This document shows positions 63,766 through 64,000 of a DNA stretch of 64,000 nt, piece after piece (the first letter of the stretch is position 1; every line of letters begins with the position of its first letter). Both the position numbers and the translations under genes were made by a program. The notes under the pieces were generated by a model. It saw only the letters and a list, made by a program, of their open reading frames with translations, searched no databases and was not told the DNA's origin. The DNA comes from Carpediemonas membranifera BICM (Eukaryota; Protista; Fornicata): contig JAHDYR010000038.1 in NCBI GenBank assembly GCA_019828565.1, positions 939,782-1,003,781 on the forward strand. The letters are read 5' to 3'.

Positions 63766-64000
63766 CATCCAGTTCGCCGGCCACTACGGATTCCCTCAGA
63801 CCGTCCGCACTGATGGCGGCTCCCAGTTCACTGCCAAGCTCTTCAAGGAGATCTTGGCCTCCCTGCACGTGGCCCACACCGTCACGCTGCCCTACCACCA
63901 CCGCGCGAACGGCCTAGTCGAGAGGGTCAACCGCGAGGTGAACCGTCATCTCGTCGCCTTGACCTCTGAACTCAGACTCTCCTCCAAGTGGTCTCTGTAC
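63766..64000 (+). mobile_element. Gypsy integrase core fragment running off the window
   Basis: YGFPQTVRTDGGSQF...PYHHRANGLVERVNRE. Confidence 0.9.

Noticed and set aside
62941-63768. 275-aa hydrophobic minus-strand ORF
   Set aside because: Antisense of purine-rich LINE ORF2 sequence.
1-64000. tRNA, rRNA and snRNA genes
   Set aside because: The GGTTCGA words I noticed fall in coding or probable coding sequence without cloverleaf context. None supported by eye, and a tRNAscan/Infernal run would be needed to exclude them.

Overview
Gene-dense eukaryotic microbial DNA with very short (28-37 nt) GT-AG introns. This fits a fornicate/metamonad protist such as Carpediemonas, but that assignment is inference. 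The window has three zones. (1) About 1-20.1 kb is accessory: a broken paralogue of an RCC1-like family, a 4.2-copy tandem array of a ~1.23 kb unit encoding a HEPN (RNxxxH) protein, two Ty3/Gypsy fragments, and a five-gene cluster at 10.2-18.3 kb. The cluster holds a RAG1/Transib-like DDE transposase, a GNAT acetyltransferase, an unknown basic protein, an OTU-like protease and a SET-domain protein, with long inverted repeats at its centre. (2) About 20.3-50.1 kb is a housekeeping block, with every gene I could call on the minus strand: TMEM62-like, CDK, RPS25, SMIM7, HscB, C2H2 zinc finger, PP2A-B56, DGK1-like, G-gamma, RPL4, DOLPP1, SMPD4-like, DPH2 and others. (3) About 50.2-64 kb is a nest of mobile elements: a Fanzor/TnpB C-terminal fragment, a CRE-like RT-REL retrotransposon with an OTU-like tail, several Gypsy elements (one with a chromodomain) with ~110-130 bp LTRs followed by a short palindrome instead of a tRNA primer-binding site, and LINE fragments. 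Many frameshifts fall in homopolymer runs and may be long-read errors. All homology calls are from motif recognition by eye; no searches were run.
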